This document shows positions 17,256 to 27,085 of a DNA stretch of 64,000 nt, one piece after another. The notes beneath the pieces are model-generated. The model saw only the letters and a program-made list of their open reading frames with translations, made no database searches and was not told the DNA's origin. Source of the DNA: Gaiellales bacterium (GTDB lineage: Bacteria; Actinomycetota; Thermoleophilia; Gaiellales; Gaiellaceae); the NCBI GenBank assembly GCA_038209555.1, contig JBBQXP010000001.1:68728-132727 (forward strand), in the 5' to 3' direction. Position 1 is the first letter of the stretch; every line of letters starts with the position of its first letter. Position numbers and translations under genes: made by a program.

Positions 17256-19979
17256 GTGCGCAGGTACTTCTGGACTCTCCTCGCCGTTCTCGTCGCCGTC
17301 ATCGGCGTGATCGTCCTCGCCTTCTTCCGGCAGCCCACGCTCGGCCTCGACCTGCAGGGAGGGCTGGAGCTCGTTCTTCAGGCCCAGGCGCCCCAGGGGC
17401 AGCAGGTAACGAAGGAGGACATGGAGCGCTCGGTCGAGATCATCCGGGCGCGCATCGACAAGCTCGGCGTCTCCGAGCCCGAGGTCCGCCAGCAGGGCGA
17501 CGACCAGATTGCCGTCGACCTCGCCGGAGTCACCAACCCGGCACGCGCGGCGGAGATCGTCGGAAAGACGGCCCAGCTCCAGTTCTACGACCTCGAAGCC
17601 GACCTGATTGCCCCCTCGAAGGACAGGAACGGCTTCCCGGTTGCGAGCCCGAGGCTGAAGCCGCTCCTGACGTCCGAGGACAAGCTGAAGCCGAAGGACG
17701 AGCCTCCGACGCAGTGGTACCTGTTCGAGGGGAACCGTCTCCTCGCCGGGCCGGCGGACAAGAAGGAGGATCTCGCGCAGCAACTCGAGGGCGCGCAGGT
17801 CCCGGAAGGAGCGGCGTACTACGCCGTGCCAAAGGGGAAGATCGTGATCACGTGCGGGCGGAATGCGACCGTCTGCCCAGGCGTCCAGACCGCACCGGTC
17901 TCACAAACCTTCTACTACGCCTTCAAGTACGAGCCTACGAATCCCGCCCACGCGATCCCGGAGATGACGGGCGAGGACCTGAAGCTCAAGGGAACGCGCG
18001 CGGACTTCCAGAACGGGCAGCCCATCGTCACGCTCGAGTTCACGAACGCGGGCGGCAAGAAGTTCCACGAGATCACGCGGACGCTCGCCCAGCGGGGGCG
18101 TTCACAGACACAGTTTGCGGGGGGCGGACAGGACCTCTTCCAGCACTTCGCGATCGTGCTCGACAACGAGATCCGCTCCTGGCCTCAGATCGACTTCAAC
18201 GACCTCCCTGACGGGATCTCCGGCAACAGCGCCCTTATCGAGGGGCTCGACTCGCCAGGCGAGGCGAAAGATCTCGCCCTGGTGCTTCAGACGGGCGCGC
18301 TGCCGCTGAAGTTCATCCAGGTCGAGCGCTCGGACATCTCGGCCACCCTAGGTGCCGACTCGCTGCATGAGGCGATCATCGCCGGCATCGGCGGACTCGC
18401 GGCCGTCGCCCTCTTCCTCCTCATCTTCTACCGCTTCCTGGGCCTTGTGGCGGTGATCGGGCTGGCCATCTACGGCGTGCTGCTCTACGGAGCCCTCCTC
18501 ATCTTCAACGTGACCCTCACCTTGCCGGGCTTCGCGGGCCTCATCCTCACGATCGGGGTCGCGGCCGACGCGAACATCGTCATCTTCGAGCGGATCAAGG
18601 AGGAAGTCCAGGCGGGCAAATCTGTGCGCGCCGCGATCGGAGCGGGATACAAGAAGGGCTTCAGTACGATCGTCGACGCGAACGTCGTCACGATGATCAC
18701 CGCGCTCGTGCTCTTCATCGCCTCAACGAGCGGGGTGAAGGGATTCGCGCTCATGCTCCTGATCGGCACGCTCGTCTCGATGGTGACGGCGGTCGGGGCG
18801 ACGCGTGCGCTCCTCGCCTCGCTGGCGGGCTTCAAATGGTTCGACAACCCGGCGTTCATGGGCGCGAGCGCCCAGCGGATCCCGAACTGGCAGAAGGTGG
18901 ATTTCCTCGGGAAGCGCCGGATCTGGTTCGCGCTCTCGGCGGTCATCGTCCTGGTCGGGCTCGGTTCGCTCGGCTTGAAGGGCCTGAACCTCGGGATCGA
19001 CTTCGAGGGCGGGAGCCAGGTCAGCTTCAAGACCCCGGAGCCCGTGTCGGTCGAGCGCGTGCGGGCTGAAGCGGCCAAGATCGGCAAGCAGAACGCGGTT
19101 ATCCAGGGCACCGGCAGCCAAGTCGCAGGTGGCTACCGCGAGTTCAAGATGAAGACGGAATCGCTGTCGGGGCCCGAGCAGACGGAGCTCCAGAACACCC
19201 TCCGGCGTGACCTCGGGGCGACCGGCCTCGGGGTCAAGAATGTCTCGGCCACCTTCAGCCGGCAGGTCCTCCAGAGCGCGATCATCGCGATCGTCGTGTC
19301 GCTGCTCCTGGTCGTCGGATACATCGCGATCCGGTTCCAGTTCACGTTTGCGGTGCCGGTTCTGATCGCGCTCGTCCACGACATCCTGATCACCCTGGGG
19401 GTCTACTCGCTGACCGGCCGGGAGGTTTCGGCGTCGACCGTCGCGGCGGTGCTCACCATCCTCGGGTACTCGATCTACGACACGATCATCATCTTCGACC
19501 GGGTGCGGGAGAACATCCCGCTCATGCGGAAGTCGAGCTTTGCGGCGATCGCGAACCAGTCGCTCTGGGAGACGGTGCGGCGCTCACTGGCCACGACGTT
19601 CATCACGCTCCTGCCCGTGTCGGCGCTCCTCATCTTCGGCGGGGCTACCCTCAAGGACTTCGCGTTCGCGCTCCTCGTCGGAATCGGCTCGGGCGCGTAT
19701 TCGACGATCTTCATCGCCACCCCGATTCTCAGCTATCTCATGGAGCGAGAGCCCGAGTACGCGAAGCGCAAGCGCGCGGGCCTGCAGGAGAAGCTGGGGC
19801 GGGACGAGCCCGCCCCAGGAAACGGCGTCCCGATCGACGAGGCCGAGCTGTCTCCCGCTCCGAGGCCGGTCGCGGCTCCTCCCGAGCCGGCCGCGCCCAT
19901 CGGTGACGGATCGGCCGCCGCTCGCCGCGAGGCACGCCGCAAGCGACGTCGGGCGAGGCCCCATGGCCGCTCCCGGTGA
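17256..19979 (+). CDS. secDF: fused protein translocase subunit SecDF
   Basis: SecD N-terminus LGLDLQGGLELVL and SecD TM bundle, followed by a SecF segment LGIDFEGGSQVSF and a second TM bundle. Pro/Arg-rich tail. Confidence 0.92.
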   Translation: MRRYFWTLLAVLVAVIGVIVLAFFRQPTLGLDLQGGLELVLQAQAPQGQQVTKEDMERSVEIIRARIDKLGVSEPEVRQQGDDQIAVDLAGVTNPARAAEIVGKTAQLQFYDLEADLIAPSKDRNGFPVASPRLKPLLTSEDKLKPKDEPPTQWYLFEGNRLLAGPADKKEDLAQQLEGAQVPEGAAYYAVPKGKIVITCGRNATVCPGVQTAPVSQTFYYAFKYEPTNPAHAIPEMTGEDLKLKGTRADFQNGQPIVTLEFTNAGGKKFHEITRTLAQRGRSQTQFAGGGQDLFQHFAIVLDNEIRSWPQIDFNDLPDGISGNSALIEGLDSPGEAKDLALVLQTGALPLKFIQVERSDISATLGADSLHEAIIAGIGGLAAVALFLLIFYRFLGLVAVIGLAIYGVLLYGALLIFNVTLTLPGFAGLILTIGVAADANIVIFERIKEEVQAGKSVRAAIGAGYKKGFSTIVDANVVTMITALVLFIASTSGVKGFALMLLIGTLVSMVTAVGATRALLASLAGFKWFDNPAFMGASAQRIPNWQKVDFLGKRRIWFALSAVIVLVGLGSLGLKGLNLGIDFEGGSQVSFKTPEPVSVERVRAEAAKIGKQNAVIQGTGSQVAGGYREFKMKTESLSGPEQTELQNTLRRDLGATGLGVKNVSATFSRQVLQSAIIAIVVSLLLVVGYIAIRFQFTFAVPVLIALVHDILITLGVYSLTGREVSASTVAAVLTILGYSIYDTIIIFDRVRENIPLMRKSSFAAIANQSLWETVRRSLATTFITLLPVSALLIFGGATLKDFAFALLVGIGSGAYSTIFIATPILSYLMEREPEYAKRKRAGLQEKLGRDEPAPGNGVPIDEAELSPAPRPVAAPPEPAAPIGDGSAAARREARRKRRRARPHGRSR

Positions 19980-20376
19980 GCCCGAGGAGGGGTCGGTAAA
20001 GGACCTCTTCGAAAAGACGCTCCTCGCAGCCCTCGGCGCCGTGGTGCTCACGAAGGAGCGAGCCGACGATCTCGCGGAGGAGCTGACGAAACGCGGCCGC
20101 ATGACCGGCGAGGAAGCGCGCGAGGTCGTCGACGAGCTCACGCATAGGTGGCGGGGAGACGCCATGCGCTTCAGCGAGCGCGCCGGCTCGACGATCTCCA
20201 GCCTTTCCCGTGAGCTCGGGCTTGTCACGCGGCGCGAGTGGGAGGAGCTCGAGCTGCGGCTGGCCCAGGTCGAGCACCGCCTCAGGCTCCTCGAGGGCCA
20301 GCCCGCGTCCGCTCGCGGGGCGAGGCCGGCGAAACCCGCACCCGGGCCGTCAAACCTCCCGCCAGAGCCCAGATGA
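19963..20376 (+). CDS. phasin-like protein (PHA synthesis regulator phasin family)
   Basis: ATG 19963 overlaps the secDF end. LFEKTLLAALGAVVLTKERADDLAEELTKRG and LGLVTRREWEELELRLAQVEHRL resemble COG3937-type phasins. Confidence 0.7.
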   Translation: MAAPGEPEEGSVKDLFEKTLLAALGAVVLTKERADDLAEELTKRGRMTGEEAREVVDELTHRWRGDAMRFSERAGSTISSLSRELGLVTRREWEELELRLAQVEHRLRLLEGQPASARGARPAKPAPGPSNLPPEPR

Positions 20377-20430
20377 TCTGCTTGGTCTGACCCGTCTCCG
20401 CGGGTACGCCAATTACCGAGCAATCATCTA
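20371..20430 (+). repeat. internally deleted 60-nt derivative of the palindromic intercistronic repeat (copy D)
   Basis: AGATGAT...CTTGGTCTGACCCGTC (exact 16-mer shared with copy B)...CGCCAATTACCGAGCAATCATCTA. The upstream TGA stop (20374-20376) lies inside its left terminus. Confidence 0.75.
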
Positions 20431-20449
20431 GGACCGTAAGATTCGAGCC

Positions 20450-22114
20450 ATGAGCTCGCGGCCTGCCGTTCGGCAGCTCGGCCGTCTCTCCGAGATCGCG
20501 CAGGTCGCGGCGAGGCACGGCTTCGGTTACTTCTTCGAGACCAATCGCCTGGTGGACGTCGTCACGCGGCGTCAGCGTGAGATCGAACCGAGCGGTGAGG
20601 GATCGCCGCGCGGCCAGCGACTGCGGGAGATGCTCGACGAGCTCGGGCCGACCTTCGTGAAGTTCGGCCAGCTCCTCTCGACTCGACCCGACGTGGTCCC
20701 GCCAGACATCGTCTTCGAGCTGAAGGCGCTCCAGGACGACGTTCATCCGTTTCCGTCGGAGCAGGCTGAGCAGGTGATCGAAGAGGACTTCGGCCTGTCC
20801 GTCGCTCAGCTCTTCCTCGAATTCGACCCGACGCCGATTGCCGCGGCCTCGATCGGACAGGTGCACCGGGCGACGTTGCCGAACGGGCGGCACGTGGTCG
20901 CGAAGGTCCAGCGACCGGACGCCCCGCGGCAGGTCGAGGCCGACCTCGAGCTCCTCTACCAGGTCGCGAGGCTCGGCCGCGACCGCGCACTCGACTTCAT
21001 CGACCCGATCGCACTCGTGGACGAGTTCGCGCGGTCGATCCGGCAGGAGCTCGACTACCGGAACGAGGCGCGGAACGCCGAGCAGTTCCACAGGAACTTC
21101 GCCGGACATCCACACGTGCGAGTCCCACGTGTCTACTGGACGTACTCGAGTGCCAGGGTGCTGACCCTGGACTTCCTCGAGGGCATTCAGCTCGCCGACC
21201 TCGACCACTCGACCTACTCGATGGACGAGCGCCGCCGCCTCGCGTATCTCATCACCGACGCCTGGATGGCCATGATCTTCAGGCACGGCTTCTTCCACGC
21301 CGACCCCCACCCGGCGAACATCCTCATCCTCGAGCAAACGGGCCACATCGGCCTCGTCGACTTCGGCGTGGCCGGAAAGCTGAGCGACGAGGACAACTCC
21401 CGTCTGACCCGCCTCTTCATCGATGCCGTGAACGAGAACATCGAGGCGCTCCCGCGGCGACTGGCAGAGCTCGGGGTCAGGTACCCGAAGGACCGCGAGG
21501 CGGAGTTCACCGCCGAGCTCAGGGACATCTATTACCGGTACTACGGCGCGCGGCTGAACGAGATCGACCCGCTGCAGCTGATCCGGGAGGCGTTCGCGCT
21601 GATCTATCGGATGCGCCTCCAGCTCCCGACCCGCTTCGTCCTCCTGGATCGTGCGATCGCGACCCTCGGGTCGGTGGGTCTCGAGCTCTATCCCGACTTC
21701 AACGTCTTCGAGGTCGCGAAGCCGTATGCACGCGAGCTCGTCCTCGAGCGCTTCACCCCTCGCCGCATCGCGCTGCGCACGCAGCAGGAGGCCCGGAACT
21801 ACACGCGGATGCTGCACGAGCTGCCGTATCAGATCCATGACACCTTCGAGCAGGTCCGGGACGGCCAGATCGAGGTTGGCTTCCGACACGAAGGGCTCGA
21901 CGACCTGATCCATCGACTCGACCTCGTCTTCAACCGAGTCGTGCTTGCGGTCATCGCGGGCGCGGGGATCATCGGCTCGAGCCTGATCGGTGCACTGGCG
22001 AGCGAGGGACCGAGCATTCTCGGGGTGAACGTGATCTCCGTGATCGGGTTCAGTCTCTCGACAGTGCTCGCGCTCTGGCTCGTGTGGGGAGTCGTCCGCT
22101 CGGGCCGTATTTAG
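20450..22114 (+). CDS. ABC1/UbiB-family atypical protein kinase
   Basis: FVKFGQLLSTRPD, AAASIGQVHRA, HADPHPANIL, VDFG, plus C-terminal TM segments. Confidence 0.9.
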   Translation: MSSRPAVRQLGRLSEIAQVAARHGFGYFFETNRLVDVVTRRQREIEPSGEGSPRGQRLREMLDELGPTFVKFGQLLSTRPDVVPPDIVFELKALQDDVHPFPSEQAEQVIEEDFGLSVAQLFLEFDPTPIAAASIGQVHRATLPNGRHVVAKVQRPDAPRQVEADLELLYQVARLGRDRALDFIDPIALVDEFARSIRQELDYRNEARNAEQFHRNFAGHPHVRVPRVYWTYSSARVLTLDFLEGIQLADLDHSTYSMDERRRLAYLITDAWMAMIFRHGFFHADPHPANILILEQTGHIGLVDFGVAGKLSDEDNSRLTRLFIDAVNENIEALPRRLAELGVRYPKDREAEFTAELRDIYYRYYGARLNEIDPLQLIREAFALIYRMRLQLPTRFVLLDRAIATLGSVGLELYPDFNVFEVAKPYARELVLERFTPRRIALRTQQEARNYTRMLHELPYQIHDTFEQVRDGQIEVGFRHEGLDDLIHRLDLVFNRVVLAVIAGAGIIGSSLIGALASEGPSILGVNVISVIGFSLSTVLALWLVWGVVRSGRI

Positions 22115-22118
22115 TGAT

Positions 22119-23018
22119 CTAAAGCGGCGTCAAGACCTGCTCGAGCTGGGAGCGAAGCGATTCGTAGTTGGGCGGGAGCGAAAGCCTCTCGCCCAAATGC
22201 TGCGGGTCCTCGTCGGCCGAGAAGCCGGGTCCCTTTGTGGCAATCTCGAAAAGGACCCCGCTCGGCTCCCGGAAGTAAATCGAGCGGAAGTAGAAGCGGT
22301 CGATGATCGGGGTCGGTCTCGCGCCGGCCTCGGCCACGCGCTTCTGCCACGCTTCGTGATCCTCGAGCTCCGAGGCCCAGGCGACGTGGTGAACGGTTCC
22401 GGCTCCGCCGATTCCGGGGTCGTCGGGCGGGCTGTCGTAGGCGTAGAACGAGCCTCTAGTCACTCCGCGCGCCTCCCAGGTTCCGCCACCCGTAGCGCGG
22501 AAGCCGAGGGTCTCGCCCAGAAGGGCTGCACTACGCGCGGGATCCCGGGAGTACGCCCGCACCCCGTCGAACCCCCGGAGCGCATGCTCGACTGGGATCT
22601 CGGCGTGCGTCGCGACGAGTGGCTCGTCCGCCGTGTCGACGACCGCCAGCTCGAGCCCCATTCCCTCCAGATCGGAGAAGCGGAGTCTCCCTGACTCGCG
22701 TTCCGAAGCGACTCCCCCGCCTTGCAACCGTTTCACCCAGAAGTCCAGGGCCTCCTCGGAGCCGACCCGCCAGACGATGCGGTGCACCATTCCCGCGCCC
22801 GGGCGGCCTCGGGTGGCTCCCGGGTACTCGAAGAACGTCAGGTCGCTTCCGGGGCTTCCACGGTCGTCGGCGTAGAACAGGTGATAGACGGTCGGGTCGT
22901 CTTGATTCACTGTTTTCTTGACGAGCCGGAGCCCGAGGACGCGGGAGTAGAAATCCAAGTTCTGGGGCGCGTCTCCCGTGATCGCGGTGATGTGGTGGAT
23001 GCCGTCGAGCTTCATCAA
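22119..23018 (-). CDS. VOC-family ring-cleaving dioxygenase (MhqO/glyoxalase-like, two-domain)
   Basis: GIHHITAITGDAPQNLDFYSRVLGLRLVKKTVNQDDPTVYHLFY and a second VOC repeat with HHVAW. Confidence 0.85.
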   Translation of the reverse strand: MMKLDGIHHITAITGDAPQNLDFYSRVLGLRLVKKTVNQDDPTVYHLFYADDRGSPGSDLTFFEYPGATRGRPGAGMVHRIVWRVGSEEALDFWVKRLQGGGVASERESGRLRFSDLEGMGLELAVVDTADEPLVATHAEIPVEHALRGFDGVRAYSRDPARSAALLGETLGFRATGGGTWEARGVTRGSFYAYDSPPDDPGIGGAGTVHHVAWASELEDHEAWQKRVAEAGARPTPIIDRFYFRSIYFREPSGVLFEIATKGPGFSADEDPQHLGERLSLPPNYESLRSQLEQVLTPL

Positions 23019-23193
23019 AGGTCGGAACTTGCCGGGGAGGGATGCATTCCCCGGTGGCGTATCTGGGCCAATGATCGCGAATTTTCTCCGGCGGTGGCGC
23101 TACCGAAGCATCCGTCGCGCATGGGCACGTGGCCGCATCGACTATTCCGAGGCCCGCGGCCGCGTCGAGCGCCTTGCCCGCGGACTCTGAGGC

Positions 23194-23568
23194 TTACCAG
23201 CGCCATACCCGCACCAGCGGCCGCTCCTCGGCGGGACGCAGCACGCCGTGAATCGCGAGATTCACCAACCAGACGATGAGCGCACCCCCCACAGCCGTCC
23301 AGAAGCCCCGGACCTCGAAGTCCGGGACGATCAGATCCGTGAGGTAGAGCATGAGCGCATTCACGAAGAGCAGCGCGATCCCGAGGGTGAGGATCACCGC
23401 TGGGAGCGCGAGCAGCACCACGATCGGCCGAACGACGAGGTTGACGATCCCGAAGACGAGCCCGGCGAGCAACAGGACCCAGAACCGGTCTCCGTATGTG
23501 ATTCCGTCGAAGGCGAGCGCCGCGACCCAGATTGCGACGACGTTCGAAAGCCAGCTGAACGCGAAGCG
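23194..23568 (-). CDS. DUF360 / phage-holin-superfamily-IV membrane protein
   Basis: Four TM segments and the pattern LLLAGLVFGIVNLVVRPIVVLLALPAVILTLG. GTG 23568 gives 124 aa, typical for the family. Confidence 0.75.
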   Translation of the reverse strand, partial: RFAFSWLSNVVAIWVAALAFDGITYGDRFWVLLLAGLVFGIVNLVVRPIVVLLALPAVILTLGIALLFVNALMLYLTDLIVPDFEVRGFWTAVGGALIVWLVNLAIHGVLRPAEERPLVRVWRW

Positions 23569-23698
23569 CACGGTAGAAGAATAGGTGCGGCGGCCGCGTC
23601 CGATCCGGGCGTATGTCGAAAAGGCTCTGGATCGCTTGTGACAGAGTCGCGTGAAAGGACATCTGGTCGAGGACTGCGGGCGGCTGTACGGTCGCTTC

Positions 23699-24403
23699 AT
23701 GGCAGGGGAGGCGGTGCTGGTGGTCGAGCGGGAGGCTCCGGTCAGGGCGTTCCTCGAGCAGCAGCTCACGGACGACGGGTACGAGGTGCTCTCCACCGAG
23801 CGGGCGCGCCAGGCGCTCGAGCTGGTCGAGGAGGCTCGGCCGGACCTTGTGCTTCTCGATGCGGTCCTCCCGGACGGTTCGGGCTTCGAGCTCTGCAGTC
23901 GGCTCCGTGAAGGTGAGCCCGGCCGCGTCTGGAACCGCGATGTTCCGGTCATCATGGTGAGCTCACGCAGCGAGCCCGTCGACCGGGTCCGCGGCTTCGC
24001 ACGTGGCTGCGACGACTACGTCCCGATGCCGTTCGTCTACGAGGAGCTCCTGGCCCGCATCCGTGCTGTGCTCAGGCGTGCGGCCGGACCCCGGCGGGCG
24101 CTGCTCGAGGTCAGGGGGTTGACCATCGATCTGGCGTCGCGCAGCGTGCGAGTCGAGGGCGAATCCGTGGCGCTCTCGGCGAAGGAGTACGACCTTCTCG
24201 TCGCGCTGGCCGAGGATCCGGAGCGTGTGTTCGGAAAGGAGGAGCTCCTCCGGGACGTCTGGGGCTTCCGGTCACTCGGGCGCACCAGGACCCTCGACTC
24301 GCACGCAAGCCGTCTCCGCCGCAAGTTGAACCGCGGTAACGAGGCCGCGTTCGTTCTGAACGTGTGGGGAGTCGGCTACCGACTCGTCGCTCCCGGTGCC
24401 TGA
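23699..24403 (+). CDS. OmpR-family response regulator, atypical receiver, no adjacent kinase
   Basis: Receiver plus winged helix (VWGVGYRL). VVEREAP replaces the acidic DD/DE pair and DDYVPMPF replaces DDYxTKPF. Confidence 0.85.
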   Translation: MAGEAVLVVEREAPVRAFLEQQLTDDGYEVLSTERARQALELVEEARPDLVLLDAVLPDGSGFELCSRLREGEPGRVWNRDVPVIMVSSRSEPVDRVRGFARGCDDYVPMPFVYEELLARIRAVLRRAAGPRRALLEVRGLTIDLASRSVRVEGESVALSAKEYDLLVALAEDPERVFGKEELLRDVWGFRSLGRTRTLDSHASRLRRKLNRGNEAAFVLNVWGVGYRLVAPGA

Positions 24404-24475
24404 AGCGCGCCCACGTTTATCGGATGTCCGGTTGGGAAGTGTCAGCGGGATACCGAGACGACAAAGGGGAGACAC

Positions 24476-24970
24476 ATGGCAGAGTTGACGATGCTGGAGA
24501 GCAAGCTCGGCGAGGTTCTAGGCCTCGCGATGGCGGCCCAGGGGGCGACCGAGAAGGTCATGAAGCTCCTGGATGACGACGACAAGCAGCTCGAGGTCGA
24601 GCTCGAGAAGGTCAATGAGGACGCAACCAGGATCGAGGAGCGGTGCACCGAGGTCGCCGACTCCTTCGACGGCAAAAAGACCGCGATCCTCGAGAAGGCC
24701 CGAGAGACCAAGCAGGAAGTGACTGAGATGATGCGGACGTACCTCGGCGAGGATGCGGACGCGCTCGACGGCTTCGAATTCCTGACGATGGCGAAGGCCG
24801 GAGAGATGGGCCATTGGTCCGTTGTCGGCAAGCTCAATGAGAAGGCGTGCCACAGGCAACTACAAGAGGTGATCGACTGGGCGCTTCCGCTTCAGCAGGA
24901 GCACCTCGAGAAGGCGCTGATGGGATCCCTGAAGCTAGCCGCGGAAGAAGATCCACAGGCACCGGCGTAA
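24476..24970 (+). CDS. hypothetical helical protein (possibly ferritin-like four-helix bundle)
   Basis: 164-aa ORF with a strong SD (AAAGGGGAG) 5 nt upstream. Glu/Lys-rich helical sequence. Family not recognised with confidence. Confidence 0.75.
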   Translation: MAELTMLESKLGEVLGLAMAAQGATEKVMKLLDDDDKQLEVELEKVNEDATRIEERCTEVADSFDGKKTAILEKARETKQEVTEMMRTYLGEDADALDGFEFLTMAKAGEMGHWSVVGKLNEKACHRQLQEVIDWALPLQQEHLEKALMGSLKLAAEEDPQAPA

Positions 24971-25200
24971 GCTGAACGTACCCTGAGCAGCGGCCTCGCC
25001 GAGGGGTGCGACCGGCGGCTCAGCGCGTGTCAGACGAATGTTGACCCGTCCGCCCTCTAAGCTGGGCGCGTGGCGACGGCACCTGCTGAGCGATGTCCGC
25101 GCTGTAGGAGTGCGGCAATGGAGTGGCGCCATCAGACGTGGCAGTGCCCGGCATGTCGCTTCAAGCTCGGATGTTGCGAGGGAGATTCCGGGGAAGAGGT

Positions 25201-26148
25201 CTACGCTGGGAGCGGCGGGGCGACCTCGTCCTCTTCCACCCAGTCGCGCGTCAGCATGAGCCAGAACGCCAAGCCCGCGTAGGAGCCGTATCGGCGGAAG
25301 CGCCGGACGATCGTCGCGTCTTTCTTCGCCCGCCCGCCGGTTACGGCCGCGTACTTCGGCCGAGTCCAGGAGTCGAGGATCAACCTCGAATAGCGCCCGA
25401 GCATCATCATGATGTGGGCAGCGGCGTAAGGGCCGACGCCGGGGAGCGCCAGGAGCCTGGCTTCGACCTCGTCGTCGGAAAGCTCTTCCTGGGTTGCATG
25501 TCCGAGCTCTTCTAGATCGACCGAGCCGTCTGCGACCGACGATGCGAGCGTTCGCAAGTAGGCGCCCCGGTACCCGGCTCGGACAATGTCTCGATAGAAG
25601 GACTCGTCAGCCTCGGCCATCGCCTCGGGTGTCGGAAACGCACGGCCGTACGGTCCGGTGGCCGGCGCGCCGGGCGCCGCGGCGCCGAGGTGCTCGACGA
25701 GGGCCCCGACCATGCGCTCAGTCGCAGACCATGTGCAGTTCGTCGTGCACACCGTTTTCACGACCTCCTCGAAGACCGTCTGGCTTCGAACCATGCGGCC
25801 CGCGCCGCGTGCGGCCCAGGCGAGATCCGGGTCAGAGCGCGCCTGCTCGTAGAAGGGCGCGAGATCTTCGTCGAGGCGCAGGATGTGGGCCACCGCCGAC
25901 AGGAGCCGGGAACTTGCGGCGGCGGAGAGCTTTCCGGCTCCAATCATCTCGACGCGTGCAACGTCCTTCCGCCCACGGGTCACACGCACCCTGCGCGGGC
26001 CGAGTCCCTCGATGCGAAGCGTGATATCGAGACGGCGTGTCTCCGGGTCGATCTGCATCGGCGGCAGCTCGACGAGGCCATGCGACTGGAGGGTCCTCCA
26101 GAGGTCGACCGGCTCTCCACCAGCCCCGACGAGTGGAAGCTCTGCCAT
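25201..26148 (-). CDS. DNA-3-methyladenine glycosylase II family (AlkA-like, HhH-GPD)
   Basis: HhH-GPD hallmark LLALPGVGPYAAAHIMMM followed by LILDSW. ATG 26148 lies 2 nt after the cupin stop. Confidence 0.85.
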   Translation of the reverse strand: MAELPLVGAGGEPVDLWRTLQSHGLVELPPMQIDPETRRLDITLRIEGLGPRRVRVTRGRKDVARVEMIGAGKLSAAASSRLLSAVAHILRLDEDLAPFYEQARSDPDLAWAARGAGRMVRSQTVFEEVVKTVCTTNCTWSATERMVGALVEHLGAAAPGAPATGPYGRAFPTPEAMAEADESFYRDIVRAGYRGAYLRTLASSVADGSVDLEELGHATQEELSDDEVEARLLALPGVGPYAAAHIMMMLGRYSRLILDSWTRPKYAAVTGGRAKKDATIVRRFRRYGSYAGLAFWLMLTRDWVEEDEVAPPLPA

Positions 26149-26150
26149 CG

Positions 26151-26561
26151 TCACTGAACGTGCTTGAGCTCCCACTCGGAGGGAGTGAACGCTTCGCCCC
26201 GAGCGGCGCCCAGAGCGAGCACTGTGGTTCCCTTCGAGCGACCGATGGCCTCTCTGACGACATCCGGGTCGCGCACGCACACGAACGTTCCCGCCGGGGC
26301 TTCGATCGTCTCGTCGCCGACCTGGAACGTGGCATGACCGCGGGTGACGAGGTAGAGCTCCTCATGCTGCGTGCCGCTCTCCTCCGTTTCACTATGGCGC
26401 TCGATGATCGGCTCTCCGTCAACTCGAGCCACCCACGCGTTCACCCCGAAGCTCTCGATGCCGAAGTGGATCCGGACCGGCTTCCACTCCGGGTCGTTGC
26501 CCGCTGCCTCCTCGAGCGGCGGAATGTCGTCGATATGGGCGCTCCTAGCGTTGTCGGACAT
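26151..26561 (-). CDS. cupin-domain protein
   Basis: ERHSETEESGTQHEELYLVTRGHATFQVGDETIEAPAGTFVCV fits the two cupin motifs. Confidence 0.8.
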   Translation of the reverse strand: MSDNARSAHIDDIPPLEEAAGNDPEWKPVRIHFGIESFGVNAWVARVDGEPIIERHSETEESGTQHEELYLVTRGHATFQVGDETIEAPAGTFVCVRDPDVVREAIGRSKGTTVLALGAARGEAFTPSEWELKHVQ

Positions 26562-26638
26562 CCGTCCCTCCCAGTCGAAAGATCGACCTAGACAATTGAT
26601 GAGTAGTCAAGGCTAGAACCTTTACCGTCCAGCGCGCT

Positions 26639-27085
26639 CTAGCCGTCGCCGGAGATCTCGATGTGGTCCCCCTCCTGGACGCCGAACCGGCGAAACGCGC
26701 CCTGCGGCACCTCGAGCGCTCCGGCGTAGGCACTTCGCGAGAAGTAGAGCCGGCAGGGCTCGGCCCGGCAAGGCTCCATGTCAAGGATCTGACTGATTGT
26801 CCCCCGACGGTCGTAGAAGGCGATCGAAAGTGAGATCGTCGTACCTCGCATGACGAACGCGGTCGCCGTCGGGCGATCGAAGAGAAAGATCATGCCGGCG
26901 TCCGGTGCGAGGCTCGCCCGGCCCATGAGTCCTCGCTCCCGTTCGGCGGAACTGTCCGCCACGTCAACGGCCAGCGTGACGATCTGGTTGCCGTGGAGAA
27001 CGACCGTTGCGGTCCTGTGCTCACTCTCCGCGAAGCAGCCCGCGACAGGGAGTGCCAGCACGCAGACGAGGAGCATCCTCCACAC
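26639..27085 (-). CDS. DUF192-domain protein, lipoprotein-type signal
   Basis: LALPVAGC lipobox. RERGLMGR...GMIFLF...MRGTTISLSIAFYD matches DUF192 (COG1430). Confidence 0.85.
   Translation of the reverse strand: MWRMLLVCVLALPVAGCFAESEHRTATVVLHGNQIVTLAVDVADSSAERERGLMGRASLAPDAGMIFLFDRPTATAFVMRGTTISLSIAFYDRRGTISQILDMEPCRAEPCRLYFSRSAYAGALEVPQGAFRRFGVQEGDHIEISGDG

Noticed and set aside
23019-23193. Inverted repeat CCGGGGA-N9-TCCCCGG (about 23035-23057) upstream of the dioxygenase gene as an operator
   Set aside because: It is a single short GC-rich hairpin in a GC-rich genome, with no second site or cognate regulator nearby.
25070-25282. 70-aa CxxC...CxxC ORF between the helical-protein gene and the AlkA-like gene
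   Set aside because: Its third-position GC is lower than in neighbouring genes. It overlaps the AlkA-like 3' end by about 80 nt, has no SD, and matches no recognisable family. It is kept only as a remote possibility.
26581-26625. GATCGACCTAGACAATTGATGAGTAGTCAAGGCTAGAACC as another repeat-family fragment
   Set aside because: Only short patches (GATCGAC, CAATT, GTCAAGGCT) resemble the repeat. Order and spacing do not align convincingly, and its orientation would break the pattern. It needs an HMM score before it can be counted.
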